Shown here one piece after another: positions 42,501 through 53,440 of a stretch of 64,000 nucleotides of DNA (position 1 is its first letter; every line of letters starts with the position of its first letter). Origin of the DNA: Octopus vulgaris (taxonomy: Eukaryota). The stretch covers positions 137,392,001 through 137,456,000 of the forward strand of contig OX597814.1 of the NCBI GenBank assembly GCA_951406725.2, in the 5' to 3' direction. A program made the position numbers and the translations under genes. The notes beneath the pieces are model-generated. The model was given only the letters and a program-made list of their open reading frames with translations, did no database searches and was not told where the DNA came from.

Positions 42501-45500
42501 TCAACGATTACTAAGCAAGCACTTTTTGAAATTTTACCTTTTTAGTAAGTTATTTAGATGTTAAGTATGCAGCTGGCTCAATTTGATAATGTGTGCTGAC
42601 CAAAATACATGCTATTACATAAACAACAAAATCAGCCACACACAAAAATTTAGATAAAAAATAAAAATGTACTTACATCCATAATTACTCAGCAATAAAA
42701 TTTCTTTAGCATATTGCTGACTGTAATTGTTAAAAATGTAAAATACATTCATATAATGATCATGAATGTAAAGAAAAATTTCCTTTGTTTTCATTTGTTA
42801 ACCTTCTGATCAAAACTTTCTTTCTTTGTCATATATGGAATGGGAAAGGTAATGCAATTTCAGAGTTAGTAGAAGCAAGGCAATACATGAAGCCAACAAA
42901 ATAGAGCAAGCCAACACATTCATAACATTACCATGGGCGATGGCAAAGGTGTTGGAACAACCAAACACCCTCATTGGTATCACCTGACACTGTGATAAGG
43001 TGAGTCACCATCAACAATGGGAACTTCACTATTAGCAGCCCAGCCACCCAACAAACATCTCTAACACCACAGGTTGGAAGAAATGGTTCACTGACAAGTC
43101 CCAATACTTAAGAATTTTATTCTGTTCAGCTACAGAAGCAGTGACCCTCCCATTTGCTGCAGCATCTAGGATGTGGGGAGGAGCATAAGAGTCACAGACT
43201 ATGATAACCCAGATGAGGCACTTACCTCTTACCAGGAACAAAGGGTAAGACCATCTGGTTTCTTCTCATCACTTCTGGATAATCCTGCCAGCTCCAGAAC
43301 TGAAGGGATATTAACTCAATCCAAAGCCCACTTACTGATTAAGTTTAGCTCAGTGCAATGAGTGAAATAATCGGCATTTAGGCAGCAAGATAAACCATGA
43401 AGGCCTGTGGAGTCAAGGGGCCTACCACAGCAACATCGGTCTCCCACAGATGTAGGCTCCCACTCTGAGTGCAAGGGAGATACAAAACTCATCTAGACTA
43501 AGTGGAATACCAATATTGGTCACTGGCAGAGCATCAGTCCAGCCCCACAAGAATTTCACACTTGCAGAAATAAGGTTATACCTTGAAAATTGATCAGATT
43601 GATCAAAGAGAGAGTTGTAAGTAGTACCTAAGCACCGATCATCTCAGACTCTTTGCTTCCGTTTATCCTTAGCTGTATCAAGAACCAACAAACCCAGCTC
43701 TCTCCACTGTAACAGAGCTTCATCCAAATCCCTGTTGGAATTAGTCCATGTTGGAGAGGAGAGAATGTTGCCTACTAAAGAGGAGCAAGTATGGATGAAG
43801 GAAAGAAAACAAGGAAGAGATAGAGAAGAAGATCCCCAAATTGTTTGGGCAAAGTAGCCTGTTCATGGGCTCTGGAGAGAGTCTGGCAGTAACCAAACAT
43901 TCGAGTTCCCTGAAGATTAGGTTGTCAAAGCATTGGAGAGATGACAAAAATCTACAAGAGGAACTAACTCTGAGAAAATACAATATCTTAGAAATTAACA
44001 AGTAATTCCTATGTATAAAAAAACTTTGGTGGGGCTCAATTACCTCAAGACTTTTTAATAGTTGCTTAAAGTTAGTCATCTTGGATCGAAAGATGGACTC
44101 GAAAGCTCAGTCAGTAATTGAGGCCCTAAGAGAGTACCAAGCTGATGATTGAGGAACTGCAATGGAGGGGAAAGAATCTGTAAACAGGTTTACACTCTGC
44201 TGATGTGAAACTGGATGGTGGAGGAGCCATAGCTCACATTTGGAACTGTTGACACTAAGGCCCTTATGATCAAGTTCTTAAATCATTGTCCTCACAGTTG
44301 CAAGGACCTTACCAGGAGAGACCCTCAAACAAACATCATCAAGATACCAGATATTCAAGTCGAGGTTGGTTCCCATCTTATCATCAATACCCAGTGCAAG
44401 CAGAACAGGTCTGAGCAAGTCACTCTGTTGAACTCCAGAGACACAGATGGGATGAGGTGGTCACCAAAGGACAGGTAGGGAAGTACACTCTCAGATGAGA
44501 ACATGTTGATGAACTGTGTTAGATTTTCCAAGAACTCAAGATTGGCATCACTAGCTAACAAGGAGATACCATCTTTGAGATGCTGAGGTTGTAAGCATTC
44601 AATCCCAACCCCAGAACTTGCTGGAAAGGATGCAATCACCTTACTGACATTATAAAAAAACCTGTTGGGTCAAGCCAGTGTAGGTAGTCAGCTGTAGGGG
44701 CCAGAGGATGTTTCTCCTTTAATCAGTTGAGGGAATCTGTAGTGCACCACATGAGAGAGGTCAGAGAGGAGAGTAGGCGAATAGCCCCTTTTATGTCAAA
44801 TCTGCTGAATTTAGCATTAATGACCTTCTTTAAGTTTGGTAAATGACCATTGTTTGGAGCTGTACTGATCACCAGCCTGAGATGAGCAGTGGTTGGGGTG
44901 AACTGAAACAGCTTGAACTGCCATTTTAAGAAAGATGTAAAGGATCCAGTACTCGTGTTGGACATGTAGAGAGAAACGAGAGGAAATAGAAACAGTTTCT
45001 GCCAATCCGAGGTGTTGTTGAATAGGTTGATGTTCTTCAACAGCTTGGAGAGAGCATAGACAAAACAAGTCCAAGTTCCCATAGGGATCTGGTTGACAAG
45101 CTTCAACCAGAAAAAAAGAAATAGTTGAAATGATTTCTAACATTGGCACAATAGCACAGATGCAGTTGGGACAAGAGTAAAATTGAATAGTAGTAATAAA
45201 CTGTTATCTATTATTTTCTTGACAGTCAATCAGTTGCCATTTCGCCAACTCCAGTTGCCACTACATAGATATCAAAGGTACAACACATGAGAATATTGCA
45301 AAGGAGATAACTGATGTTGCCAGGCAAAAAATTACAAAAATATTTGGTGAACAAGATGCACAAGACAAGGAAGTTTCAATACAGGTACATAGTATTTTTC
45401 CTTATTATGAAACTGACACACTACCTAGTTTGCTACATTTTAATTACATATCATCATCGTCATCAATGTTGTTCATTATTTACATTTGATGGATATTTGT

Positions 45501-46352
45501 CCTCATCTTGTTTGTTGTTAACACAACGTTTTGGCTGATATACCCTCCAGCCTTCATCAGGTGTCTTGGGGGAAATTTCGAACCTAGCTTCTCATTCCTA
45601 AGGTATTTTTCGATGCTATTATTATTATTATTATTGTTGTTGTTGTTACTTAGGTTACTGCCTGGAATCAAACTCGGAATCTTGGGGTTAGTAGTGCATG
45701 CTCTTAACCACTATGCCATATGCTCGTGGGCAATTATGAAGTGAATTTTAGGGCTTATAAATCTAATATTTTCCTATCCTTCCTTAATACCAGTTCCCAT
45801 ATGCTACTCATATCTACACTCGGTCTGCTTAGGAGGCTGTTGTGTCCTAGCATATGTGCTACTTCTTTTAGTTTTCGTATTTTCCAGTGGTGTTCTCTAT
45901 CTATTATTTTAACTTCATCCCACAGGGGGAGGTGGCCTTCATTTTTCCATACATGATCAGTTATACCTGATTTATCAATATCTCCTCATGTCACAGCTTT
46001 GTGACGTTTGTCTACCCTTATTTTGAGGGGGCAGCCTGTTTCGCCTTTGTATAACCTACCACAGCTGCATGGGATGGAGTACACGCAGCCTTTGGTCACA
46101 TTCTCTTCTATTGGTGGTTTTGCTCAAAAGAGATATTTGCAAAGAGTTCTATTACTCTTGAATACTGTCCTGATGTCATATGGGCCACATACCTTTTGTA
46201 TCTTTCCGGAGAGGCCTTTCACATAGGGTAGACAGACTGTGGACAGTTTATTGGCTTCATCCTCTCTTTTCTTCATAATTGGAGTAGATAATCAATGCAT
46301 GTGGTAGGAAAGCAAGCTTCTTACAACACAGCCATGCTTGTGCATATATATA

Positions 46353-46419
<67 letters not shown>

Positions 46420-47447
46420 ATATATATATATACAGGGGTTGGACAAAATAATGGAAACACCTAGCATCATATCATCATAATTTTGAAATATCTATAAAAC
46501 CGTCAAAAGTTTGTTTATTTTTATGTCTTTTGATTTGTTATGAGTGTTGATTAATATGTTTTGCTAAAATTACAGTTTCTTTTCAAATATCATCAGAAAA
46601 AGGTAATTAAAATTCATTGAAATGACAGATCTATCGGATTTTTAAAAAAGGTCAAATTGTTGGTGCTCGTATGGCAGGCATTAGCATAACAAAAACAGCT
46701 GAAATGTTTGGTGTATCAAGAAGAACTATCTTGAAAGTAATGACAACCTTTGAGAAAGAGGGAAAAAACCTCCTCATCAAAACAAAACTCTGGAAGAAAA
46801 CCAAACTTTTCTTGGACAAGTCATCATTTACCTAATTTCTGACCTCCGGCCGAGTATACCTTTGGAGACAGCCAAAAGAAGCATCTTATTCAGACTGCCT
46901 TCTTTCAATTGCTAAACATGAAGGAGGATCTGTGATGATCAGGGGTGGGGGGCTATATCTTGGAAATCTGCCAGCCCAATGGTTTCCCTTCATGGCAGAA
47001 CTAACAGTCAAGACTATTCAAGCATTTTATGTGATCAAATTTATCCTATGGTTGCAGAACTGTTTCCGGAGAGAAACACAATCTTTCAGGATGATAATGC
47101 ACCAATTCACACAGCTAAAGTTGTTACTGAATGGCACAAGGAACATTCTAGTGAAGTTGAACATCTTATCTAATGACCACAGTCCCCAGATCTCAATATT
47201 ATTGAACATTTATGGTGCATTTTAGAAAAACAAGTAAGGAGTCAATATCCTCCACCATCATTACTACAAGAACTGGAATCTGTTTTAGCTGAAGGATGGA
47301 CAAAAATTTCTTTGGAAACAATTCAAACTTTGTACAAGTCCATACCTCATAGAATTCAAGCTGTAATTACTGCCAAAAGCAGTCCTACCCAATATTGAAA
47401 TAAATTTGTTTGAAATTTTAAGGTGTTTCCATTATTTTATCCAACTC

Positions 47448-47483
<36 letters not shown>

Positions 47484-47708
47484 CTTTCTTGATGTTACTT
47501 CTTTCTCACCCTACACAGCTGCAGTCTAAATGAGTGAAAGAAAAAAATATATGTATATTCAGTTACACATGCATATGAACACTTACATAATCATTTAAAT
47601 AACTGTTTTTATCTTATTTAATACTTACACCTGTTTTTTTTTTATGCATTTCAGGAAACTTGGCAGATAAGAGGTCGGCTGGTGAAAGGGATACAAGCCA
47701 ATTTATAA
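29146..47708 (+). CDS. PHYH: Phytanoyl-CoA dioxygenase, peroxisomal; join(29146-29285,36056-36224,38020-38101,40504-40685,42214-42363,45226-45384,47655-47708), 311 aa
   Basis: All introns are GT-AG and phases are consistent (936 nt including stop). The spliced protein follows recalled human PHYH throughout: [90 protein letters not shown]. Fe(II) ligands HQD...H and the 2-oxoglutarate Arg are present. Confidence 0.97.
30190..30940. repeat. Compound TA/CA/TACA low-complexity tract
   Basis: Direct observation. Confidence 0.9.
32130..32400 (+). mobile_element. Helitron Rep/helicase linker fragment
   Basis: [12 protein letters not shown]...FNNALLHL resembles Helitron LW..xK..MSEDIL...YNxALxxIE. 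Confidence 0.5.
32620..35350 (-). mobile_element. Degenerate Penelope-like element (RT/EN region)
   Basis: [48 protein letters not shown]...[18 protein letters not shown]. Boundaries approximate. Confidence 0.75.
36056..36224 (+). CDS. PHYH: PHYH coding exon 2
   Basis: TATAG acceptor; [10 protein letters not shown]...IMKDI...[19 protein letters not shown]; GT donor. Confidence 0.95.
37050..37410 (+). mobile_element. 3' fragment of RLE-type non-LTR retrotransposon (HERO/NeSL-like)
   Basis: YEMRK...[15 protein letters not shown]...LLGQL....[13 protein letters not shown] matches the RLE C-terminal pattern EVGxRGFV...S.W.W. Confidence 0.6.
38020..38101 (+). CDS. PHYH: PHYH coding exon 3
   Basis: TTTCAG acceptor; [27 protein letters not shown]; GT donor. 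Confidence 0.96.
38458..38675 (+). mobile_element. tRNA-derived SINE with 13-bp TSD
   Basis: TSD ATTATATCTCTTT at 38445-38457 and 38676-38688; head TGGCAGAA / GTTCAAAT; central GACTTTGCCTTTCATCCTTTC.GG.T.GATAAATTAAG block. Confidence 0.85.
39151..40401 (+). mobile_element. Degenerate full-length mariner in PHYH intron 3
   Basis: LVTGEEK, HDNAWP and PSDYHLF motifs; ~1.25 kb between degenerate TA-flanked TIRs (TCAG.../...CCCTGA). Confidence 0.8.
40504..40685 (+). CDS. PHYH: PHYH coding exon 4
   Basis: [28 protein letters not shown]...HGYPNWE, containing the HxD motif. Confidence 0.97.
41376..41850 (+). mobile_element. RTE 3'-UTR copy with tandem units and (GAT)n tail
   Basis: Repeated AAAAGGCACCATTCGAG..TGATCGTTACCAGC units; (GAT)n at the right end; a short inverted (CAT)n end on the left. 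Confidence 0.75.
42214..42363 (+). CDS. PHYH: PHYH coding exon 5
   Basis: [10 protein letters not shown]...[28 protein letters not shown]. Confidence 0.97.
42900..45110 (-). mobile_element. Degenerate CRE-clade (RLE) non-LTR retrotransposon in PHYH intron 5
   Basis: [54 protein letters not shown]...CDSYAP...[21 protein letters not shown]. Confidence 0.75.
45226..45384 (+). CDS. PHYH: PHYH coding exon 6
   Basis: [28 protein letters not shown]...KEVSIQ. Confidence 0.95.
45460..46275 (-). mobile_element. Penelope-like element 3' part: GIY-YIG endonuclease plus terminal repeat with hammerhead motif
   Basis: [14 protein letters not shown]...[19 protein letters not shown]...KSGITDHVW...[10 protein letters not shown]; CTGATGA...AAAACGT motif at 45521-45564. 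Confidence 0.85.
46433..47450 (+). mobile_element. Tc1 transposon, internally deleted, same family as 1548-2795
   Basis: Both TIRs present (CAGGGGTTGGACAAAATAATGGAAACACC / GGTGTTTCCATTATTTTATCCAACTCCTG), inserted in (TA)n; [11 protein letters not shown] and [11 protein letters not shown]. Confidence 0.92.
47655..47708 (+). CDS. PHYH: PHYH terminal coding exon
   Basis: TTTCAG acceptor; [17 protein letters not shown]. Confidence 0.93.
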   Translation, partial: ETWQIRGRLVKGIQANL

Positions 47709-47776
47709 CTGAATTGATGAATTTGACATTTTGTGATTTTTTGAATATTCTTTAGAGAACACTAACAAATAATTTT

Positions 47777-47782
47777 AATAAA
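47777..47782 (+). terminator. Candidate polyadenylation signal of PHYH
   Basis: AATAAA ~70 nt after the stop codon, followed by a T/GT-rich tract. Confidence 0.55.
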
Positions 47783-47852
47783 ACTTAATTTTTGTTTTGT
47801 TGACTTAAACTAAAAAAAATTTTGATTATTGAAATATTTGATATTTTATAAA

Positions 47853-48017
47853 GGTGCTACTTGTGGTTCACCACAGCATCTATGGTGTACACTGCCAAAT
47901 GACCAAATTTGGGTTAGGAATTGGGTTAAGGTTAGGGTTGGCTTTAAGGTTTGGGTTAGGGTTTAATTGCATGCTAAAATGTAAACAGCCAGCCAGACTA
48001 CACACTAAAGTGGCACC
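47853..48017. mobile_element. Short MITE-like element with degenerate TTAGGG-like core
   Basis: Ends GGTGCTACTT / AAGTGGCACC; internal GGGTTA-like hexamers at 47910-47965. Confidence 0.45.
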
Positions 48018-48518
48018 TAGTATTTTGATTCTGAAGTTATAGCTATGTTTGTATTAATTTTTTTTATAATTTTATTTTTAAAAATAGTCATTAATTGTTT
48101 AACTAACTACTGGTTATTAGTTATATATAAAGTTCTCACTGAAGAATTAAAGATGATTTATTTTGTTGAATTGTGACATAAAAAGGGGAGAGGGAGAGTG
48201 TTTATTTGTGAATTGATGGTAATATTCTATTGAATAAATAATCAGAAGTTTAATTTTTTATCATTCACATTATTCTGTTAAAAGTAATGCTTTTTATTCA
48301 CATTGCTTTGAATTAATCATGCATTATTTTGTAACTTTGAGATTTTGTATGAGGCAACTGTTAATTTTTAGAATGATATTGTAGGGTTGGTGTAAGAAGC
48401 CATATCTGACCAGTTTCAATATAAAACAGATAGAATATTTTGGTTAGATATGGCTAGTTTGAATGCTAAAGTGTTAAGTATTCTAATTAATCTCTAAAAC
48501 GCCCACCAGCATGATTAA

Positions 48519-49040
48519 CCCCATGACAACAGTTTGCACTGACAGTAATCATCTTGGCCAAGATCAGCAATTAGCACACGACAACGGTTCGGTGTATATT
48601 TACGTGAACCACTTTAAAGCATGCATTGTTTATTTATGTAAACTGTCAACACTTGACAAGAACACTCCTGCGGTATTACTGTGGAAATAAGATTACTTGA
48701 CAGCAGGAGAAGAATTTGCTGAACGTATACAAATTTGATAGGAAATCATAGTGGAAATGGTGGTGCAACCACCAAAACTGCTGCTTTTATACTATTATGG
48801 TGATGAAGTCTCGAACTGATTTGGAAATATTTACATGAAGAGTCTAACAAACCTATCAGATACCTTGAAATTTGCATGGTGGCCTCTATTATCGATTTCA
48901 TGAGTGATAGCTGATATTTATATCAACCGGTGCATAAACAGGTACAAAACCATGGCAGATGAGGCTGTGTATATTTTCTTCATTTGATTCAAAGCCAGTA
49001 CACAGCGCATGTAAACACAATATCAACTGATATCATGGGG
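48519..49040. mobile_element. piggyBac-type MITE
   Basis: TTAA|CCCCATGACAACAGTT...AACTGATATCATGGGG|TTAA. Confidence 0.8.
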
Positions 49041-49606
49041 TTAAATACAAAACACATTGATATTTTTGATACAGATTACTTTTGTATTTTGTTGTTTGGT
49101 AATCGTTTTATAAATTTTTGTTATAACTTTTTAAGTGATTAAAATGCTATCAGAATAATTTGGGGAATAAATCATTGAGTTCCATGTAATTGTTAATGTT
49201 TATTTCATTGATTATCTGAGAATATTATTGAATATATGTACATTTTGAATATACATTTTATACAATTTTGTACCTTAGACTTCATATTTCTTGCTAATAG
49301 AATCATTATACTTCGTTGATACAATTTAAACTATAGGACTACAGCATTTCCAGAATTGTCTCCCATACATCATGAACAACTATAGGTGTAACGGTATATA
49401 AATAAATGTATTCAGACTAGTAATCTTACCTTGGTTGTTATAGTCACATTTTAGGTTATAAATAAGTTTAAAGGTCCCAATTTTCACCACTTAATTTTCC
49501 TAAAAGACTGTGGTAGTGAATGAAAGTAGTCAGTCAAACTATACCTACCTGCCTCTCTTTTTCTCTCATCTTTACCAACTCTCCACTTTCTCAACTTTTA
49601 TTGAAT

Positions 49607-51541
49607 ACTAGCAGTATAGTCCAGCATTGCCCAGGATTAAGTAAGATTATTAAGTTAATTAAGTGCTTTGTTTCAAACCAAACTAAGTAACACTGACGTC
49701 AAATTTGAGCGAAATCCGTTGAAATTGGTAAACGTTTGGCTGAAAATGGGTTGCAGATGATTTGAATGGGAAATCCCATAAGGCATCGGTTTATTGATTT
49801 TTCCACTCATCAATTGTATATTTTTTTCTTTTGGAGAACTTAAAGCTTTCAAAGATCCCATGAGTCCTAAGTAATGCCGGCATCAAGTTTGAACAAAATA
49901 CATAAAAATTGGTAAAAGTTATGGTTGAAAATGGGGTGTAGCCAATTTTAGTGAGAAATCCTATAAGGAACCGGTTTATCGATTTTTCATGCTGATTGAA
50001 TGGAAAACCCCATAAGGAATCAATTTATTGATTTTTCACCCCAAATAGGACTTAACCAAACACAACATTGCTGATTCAAAAAATCTATATTTATACTTTA
50101 TAGTTGGTTTTCACACCCAACCCAGTTCTGCAGAATCAGTGTCGCAAAGGGAATGTATGTGTTGGGAGGTTAACCGGTAGACATGATCAGGTTGCACATA
50201 CTGGCCCTTTAGACCCCCCCCCCACCATCTAACCCCATTTGGCCTATGGGTTGGGAGCCCTTCAAGCAAGGAAAATAGAAAGCCCAAAAGGGCTCCTCAT
50301 CCTATGTGTCAGAAGAGGTTATGTTCGGATCACAGCTAAACCTTAACCTAAGCCTAAGTTAACCTAGCAAAAGGGGGCTCAGAAGCCTCTGAAAGGCAGT
50401 GACTAACCCTGTCTAGACCTAACCCCCTCCTAGAGGTACTATCAGTCAAGGCTGCATCGAAGACATGATTTGGAAAAGGTTGCCTCAGAGATATGCATTA
50501 GAGAAGGTTGCATCAAAGGTTTGCATGCTATTATATGTATATATATATTTAAAAACGAACCATGTAATTCACAATCTGAAAAGTTTATTTCTGTAAAATG
50601 TTGGGAGTAGGTAAAATTTCCAAGGCTTCCAGTCCATTTTTTGGACCCAAAAAGGTTTTGTAGCATATTAGGAGGTCACAGGAATTCATTCAACGAAAAA
50701 AAAATTTTCAATGATTCTGGGATTGGGGGGAGGGCTCGCGCTACCCCTTTTCTTCTGAACAAAAATAAGGGATTTGCAGCATATTAGGAGGTCAGGGTAC
50801 TTGATTTCACGCAAAAAAAAAAATCTGATTTTTATTTTTTTTCCATAGTGAAAATCATATGGGTGAAAAGATCAATGAGGGTGGGGGTGAAGTTTCCGAG
50901 GCTTTAACATCACCCCACCCCATTTTTCGGACCCCCCAAAACAGTTTTGTAGCACATTAGGAGGTCACAAGCATTCATTTAACAAAAAACAAAAAAAAAA
51001 AATAGATAATTAGATAAATATGTGATTTGAAATAAATGTATTTTAATTGTTGTGTGAGAAAATATATATGATATATAATCTGATTATAAAATATAGCGTC
51101 TTTCAAAAACATCCTAAATTTGAAGACTATATCTCATGTTTAAGAAAAAAAAACATTTTACATTTTTATTTTTGATGAATACTGTCATTTACTCTATCTC
51201 CCTCACAAACACACACACACACACAACTTCTCTCTCCCTCACACACACATCAATACACAACTTCTCTCTCCCTCATACACATACACACACACTTTCACTC
51301 CGCTATGGTAAGAAGGGGACTTAAATCATGTTAGCAAACTTCGAAATTGGTAAATGTTATGGTTGAAAATCGATTTTTACCGCTATCCATGGGGACCTCA
51401 GGAAAAATAAGTTGATGAAACCTAGCTAGGCTCGTGATGAATGTCCTCCTAAAATTCGAGCGACATGAGTGCTAATTTGAGGACATGCATAAATTATATT
51501 CATGTACACACACACACATCCTACCTTTTATATATACAGAT
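49607..51541. mobile_element. Non-autonomous Helentron/HINE-like repeat(s) with nested material
   Basis: Starts TACTAGCAGTATAGTCCAGCATTGCCCAGG (subterminal hairpin-like); has internal subrepeats; ends CTTTTATATATACAGAT. Confidence 0.35.
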
Positions 51542-51619
51542 ATATATATATTTTTATTTATATACACATGTGTGAGTATATGTATGTATATATACATATA
51601 CAGTTATGTGTATATATAT

Positions 51620-51950
51620 TCTTTTACTTGTTTCAGTCATTTGATTGAGGCCTTGCTGGAACACTGCCATGAAGGGTTTTAGTAGAATAAATTGACCCCA
51701 GGATTTATTTTTTAAGTCTAATACTTAATTTCTCAGTCTCTTTGCCAAGTCACTAAGTTACAAGTCCATAAGCACACCAACACTGGTTGTCAAGTGGTGA
51801 TTGGGGGACAAACATGGACACACACATACATATATGCACACATATTGCCCAAGACTTTGGTAGAAACCATTTGTCCAAGTTGCTACGCAGTGGAGCTGAA
51901 CCTGGAACCATGTGGTTGAGAAACACGCTCCTTACCACACTGCCACGCCT
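51620..51950 (-). mobile_element. tRNA-derived SINE copy
   Basis: Reverse complement of the 63620-63990 family (CTTTTACTTGTTTCAGTCATTTGA...GGAACCATGTGGTT). Confidence 0.75.
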
Positions 51951-51970
51951 AAGCCTATATATATATATAT

Positions 51971-52137
51971 ATATACTTTATTTTAAGCAGCAGAAAATTC
52001 AACAAAATCTGTTACTCTGAGTTTCTCGTTGCCGTTCATTAGACAGTTTTTGCTAGCAAAAACTGTCTGATGAACGGCAACGAGAACTCAGAGTAACAGA
52101 TTTTGTTGAATTTTCTGCTGCTTAAAATAAAGCATAT
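51971..52137. repeat. 167-bp spacerless palindrome (Penelope-like inverted terminus with hammerhead core)
   Basis: Arms mirror around GCT|AGC at 52054/52055 with few mismatches. Confidence 0.9.
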
Positions 52138-52497
52138 TACTCTACCACTGGTATTTGAGTACTCTTTTTTCCACCTTGTTTCACATTTATGTGTTTACTC
52201 CGGTATATATATATATATATATTTACGTATCTGTGTGTGTAAAAGTGAGGTTGTGTGTGTGTAAATCCACATAACTTCTGAAGTTCACAACTGATTTTCT
52301 CTAAACTGGGAACATACATTACTTATGTTCTAGAGGGGGTGTTAAAATCTTTCACATAATTAGTGACTGGCCCTCTGAGAGCAGAAAACACCCTTTCCTG
52401 GGTTATGTGAAGAAGGGAGGCAACTCTTTGTGAAGTAACTTTCAGAAATTGATTGTCTCCCTTACATCTATTGGTCAAAAAATTATCACAATCTCAA

Positions 52498-52657
52498 TTG
52501 GCTGTGTGAAAGAGCAATACTGGCTCCAAAAAACAGCACTGTAAGTAAAATTAATGAGCAACTGTTGCAGTACCTTCCTGGAAGTCCTCTCATTTATAAG
52601 CCAGTTGATACAATCCCAAATCCAGAAGAAGTGGTAAATTATCCAACAGAATTTTTC
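52498..52657 (+). mobile_element. Helitron PIF1-like helicase fragment
   Basis: WLCERAILAPKNSTVSKINEQLLQYLPGSPLIYKPVDTIPNPEEVVNYPTEFF. Confidence 0.8.
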
Positions 52658-52670
52658 TTTCAAGGTACTT

Positions 52671-53405
52671 ACACACTGACATTACACATCCAACGGAGCA
52701 TACTGGCTTCATTCCTTGTGAGCTTACGCATGTCCTCAGCAGTCACAGCCCATGTTTCACTGCCATGTAGCATGACTGTTCGTACACATGCGTCATACAG
52801 TCTGCCTTTTACTCTGAGCGAGAGGCCTTTTGTCACCAGCAGAGGTAAGAGCTCTCTGAACTTTGCCCAGGCTATTCTTACTCTAGCAGTTACACTTTCA
52901 GCACACCTGCCCTCACTACTGACTTGGTCACCTAGGTAACGGAGGCTATCAGCTACTTCTAGTTTTTCTCCCTGGAATGTGGTGGAAGTTGTTCTCTGCA
53001 TATTTTCAGTGTTTATTGCTCCTGAGCATCTGCCACATAAAAAAACTATCTTCCTAATTAGCCTTCCTTTGACATTGCTGCACCTCTTATGTGTCCATAG
53101 CTTACACTGGGTACATCTTATAGAATTTCTACCTACACCTTTTCTACAGATTGCACAGGGCCATCAACCTGAAGGCATTTGTGGTTTGTCTACCTTCCTA
53201 CATATTAGGACTTTGGTTTTAGCTAGGTTGACTCTAAGGCCCTTCAATTCTAATTCTTGCTTCCACACCTGAAACCTCTCCTCCAGTTCTGATAGTGACT
53301 CAGCAATAAGAGCAAGGTCATCAGCATAGAGGAGCTCCCAGGGGCATCCTGTCTTGAATTCCTTTGTTATTGCCTGGAGAACTATGGTAAATAGGAGGGG
53401 GCTCC
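52671..53405 (-). mobile_element. RTE LINE RT fragment with C4HC3 finger insert
   Basis: SPLLFTIVL..., WELLYADDLAL, GLRVNLAKTKV, YLGDQVSS, LHGSETWA. Confidence 0.92.
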
Positions 53406-53440
53406 TATGCATACATACATACATACATGCATACATATAT

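Noticed and set aside
47905-47965. Telomeric repeat
   Set aside because: Short, degenerate and internal to a small TIR element; similar CCCTAA runs occur inside the 7508-family MITE.
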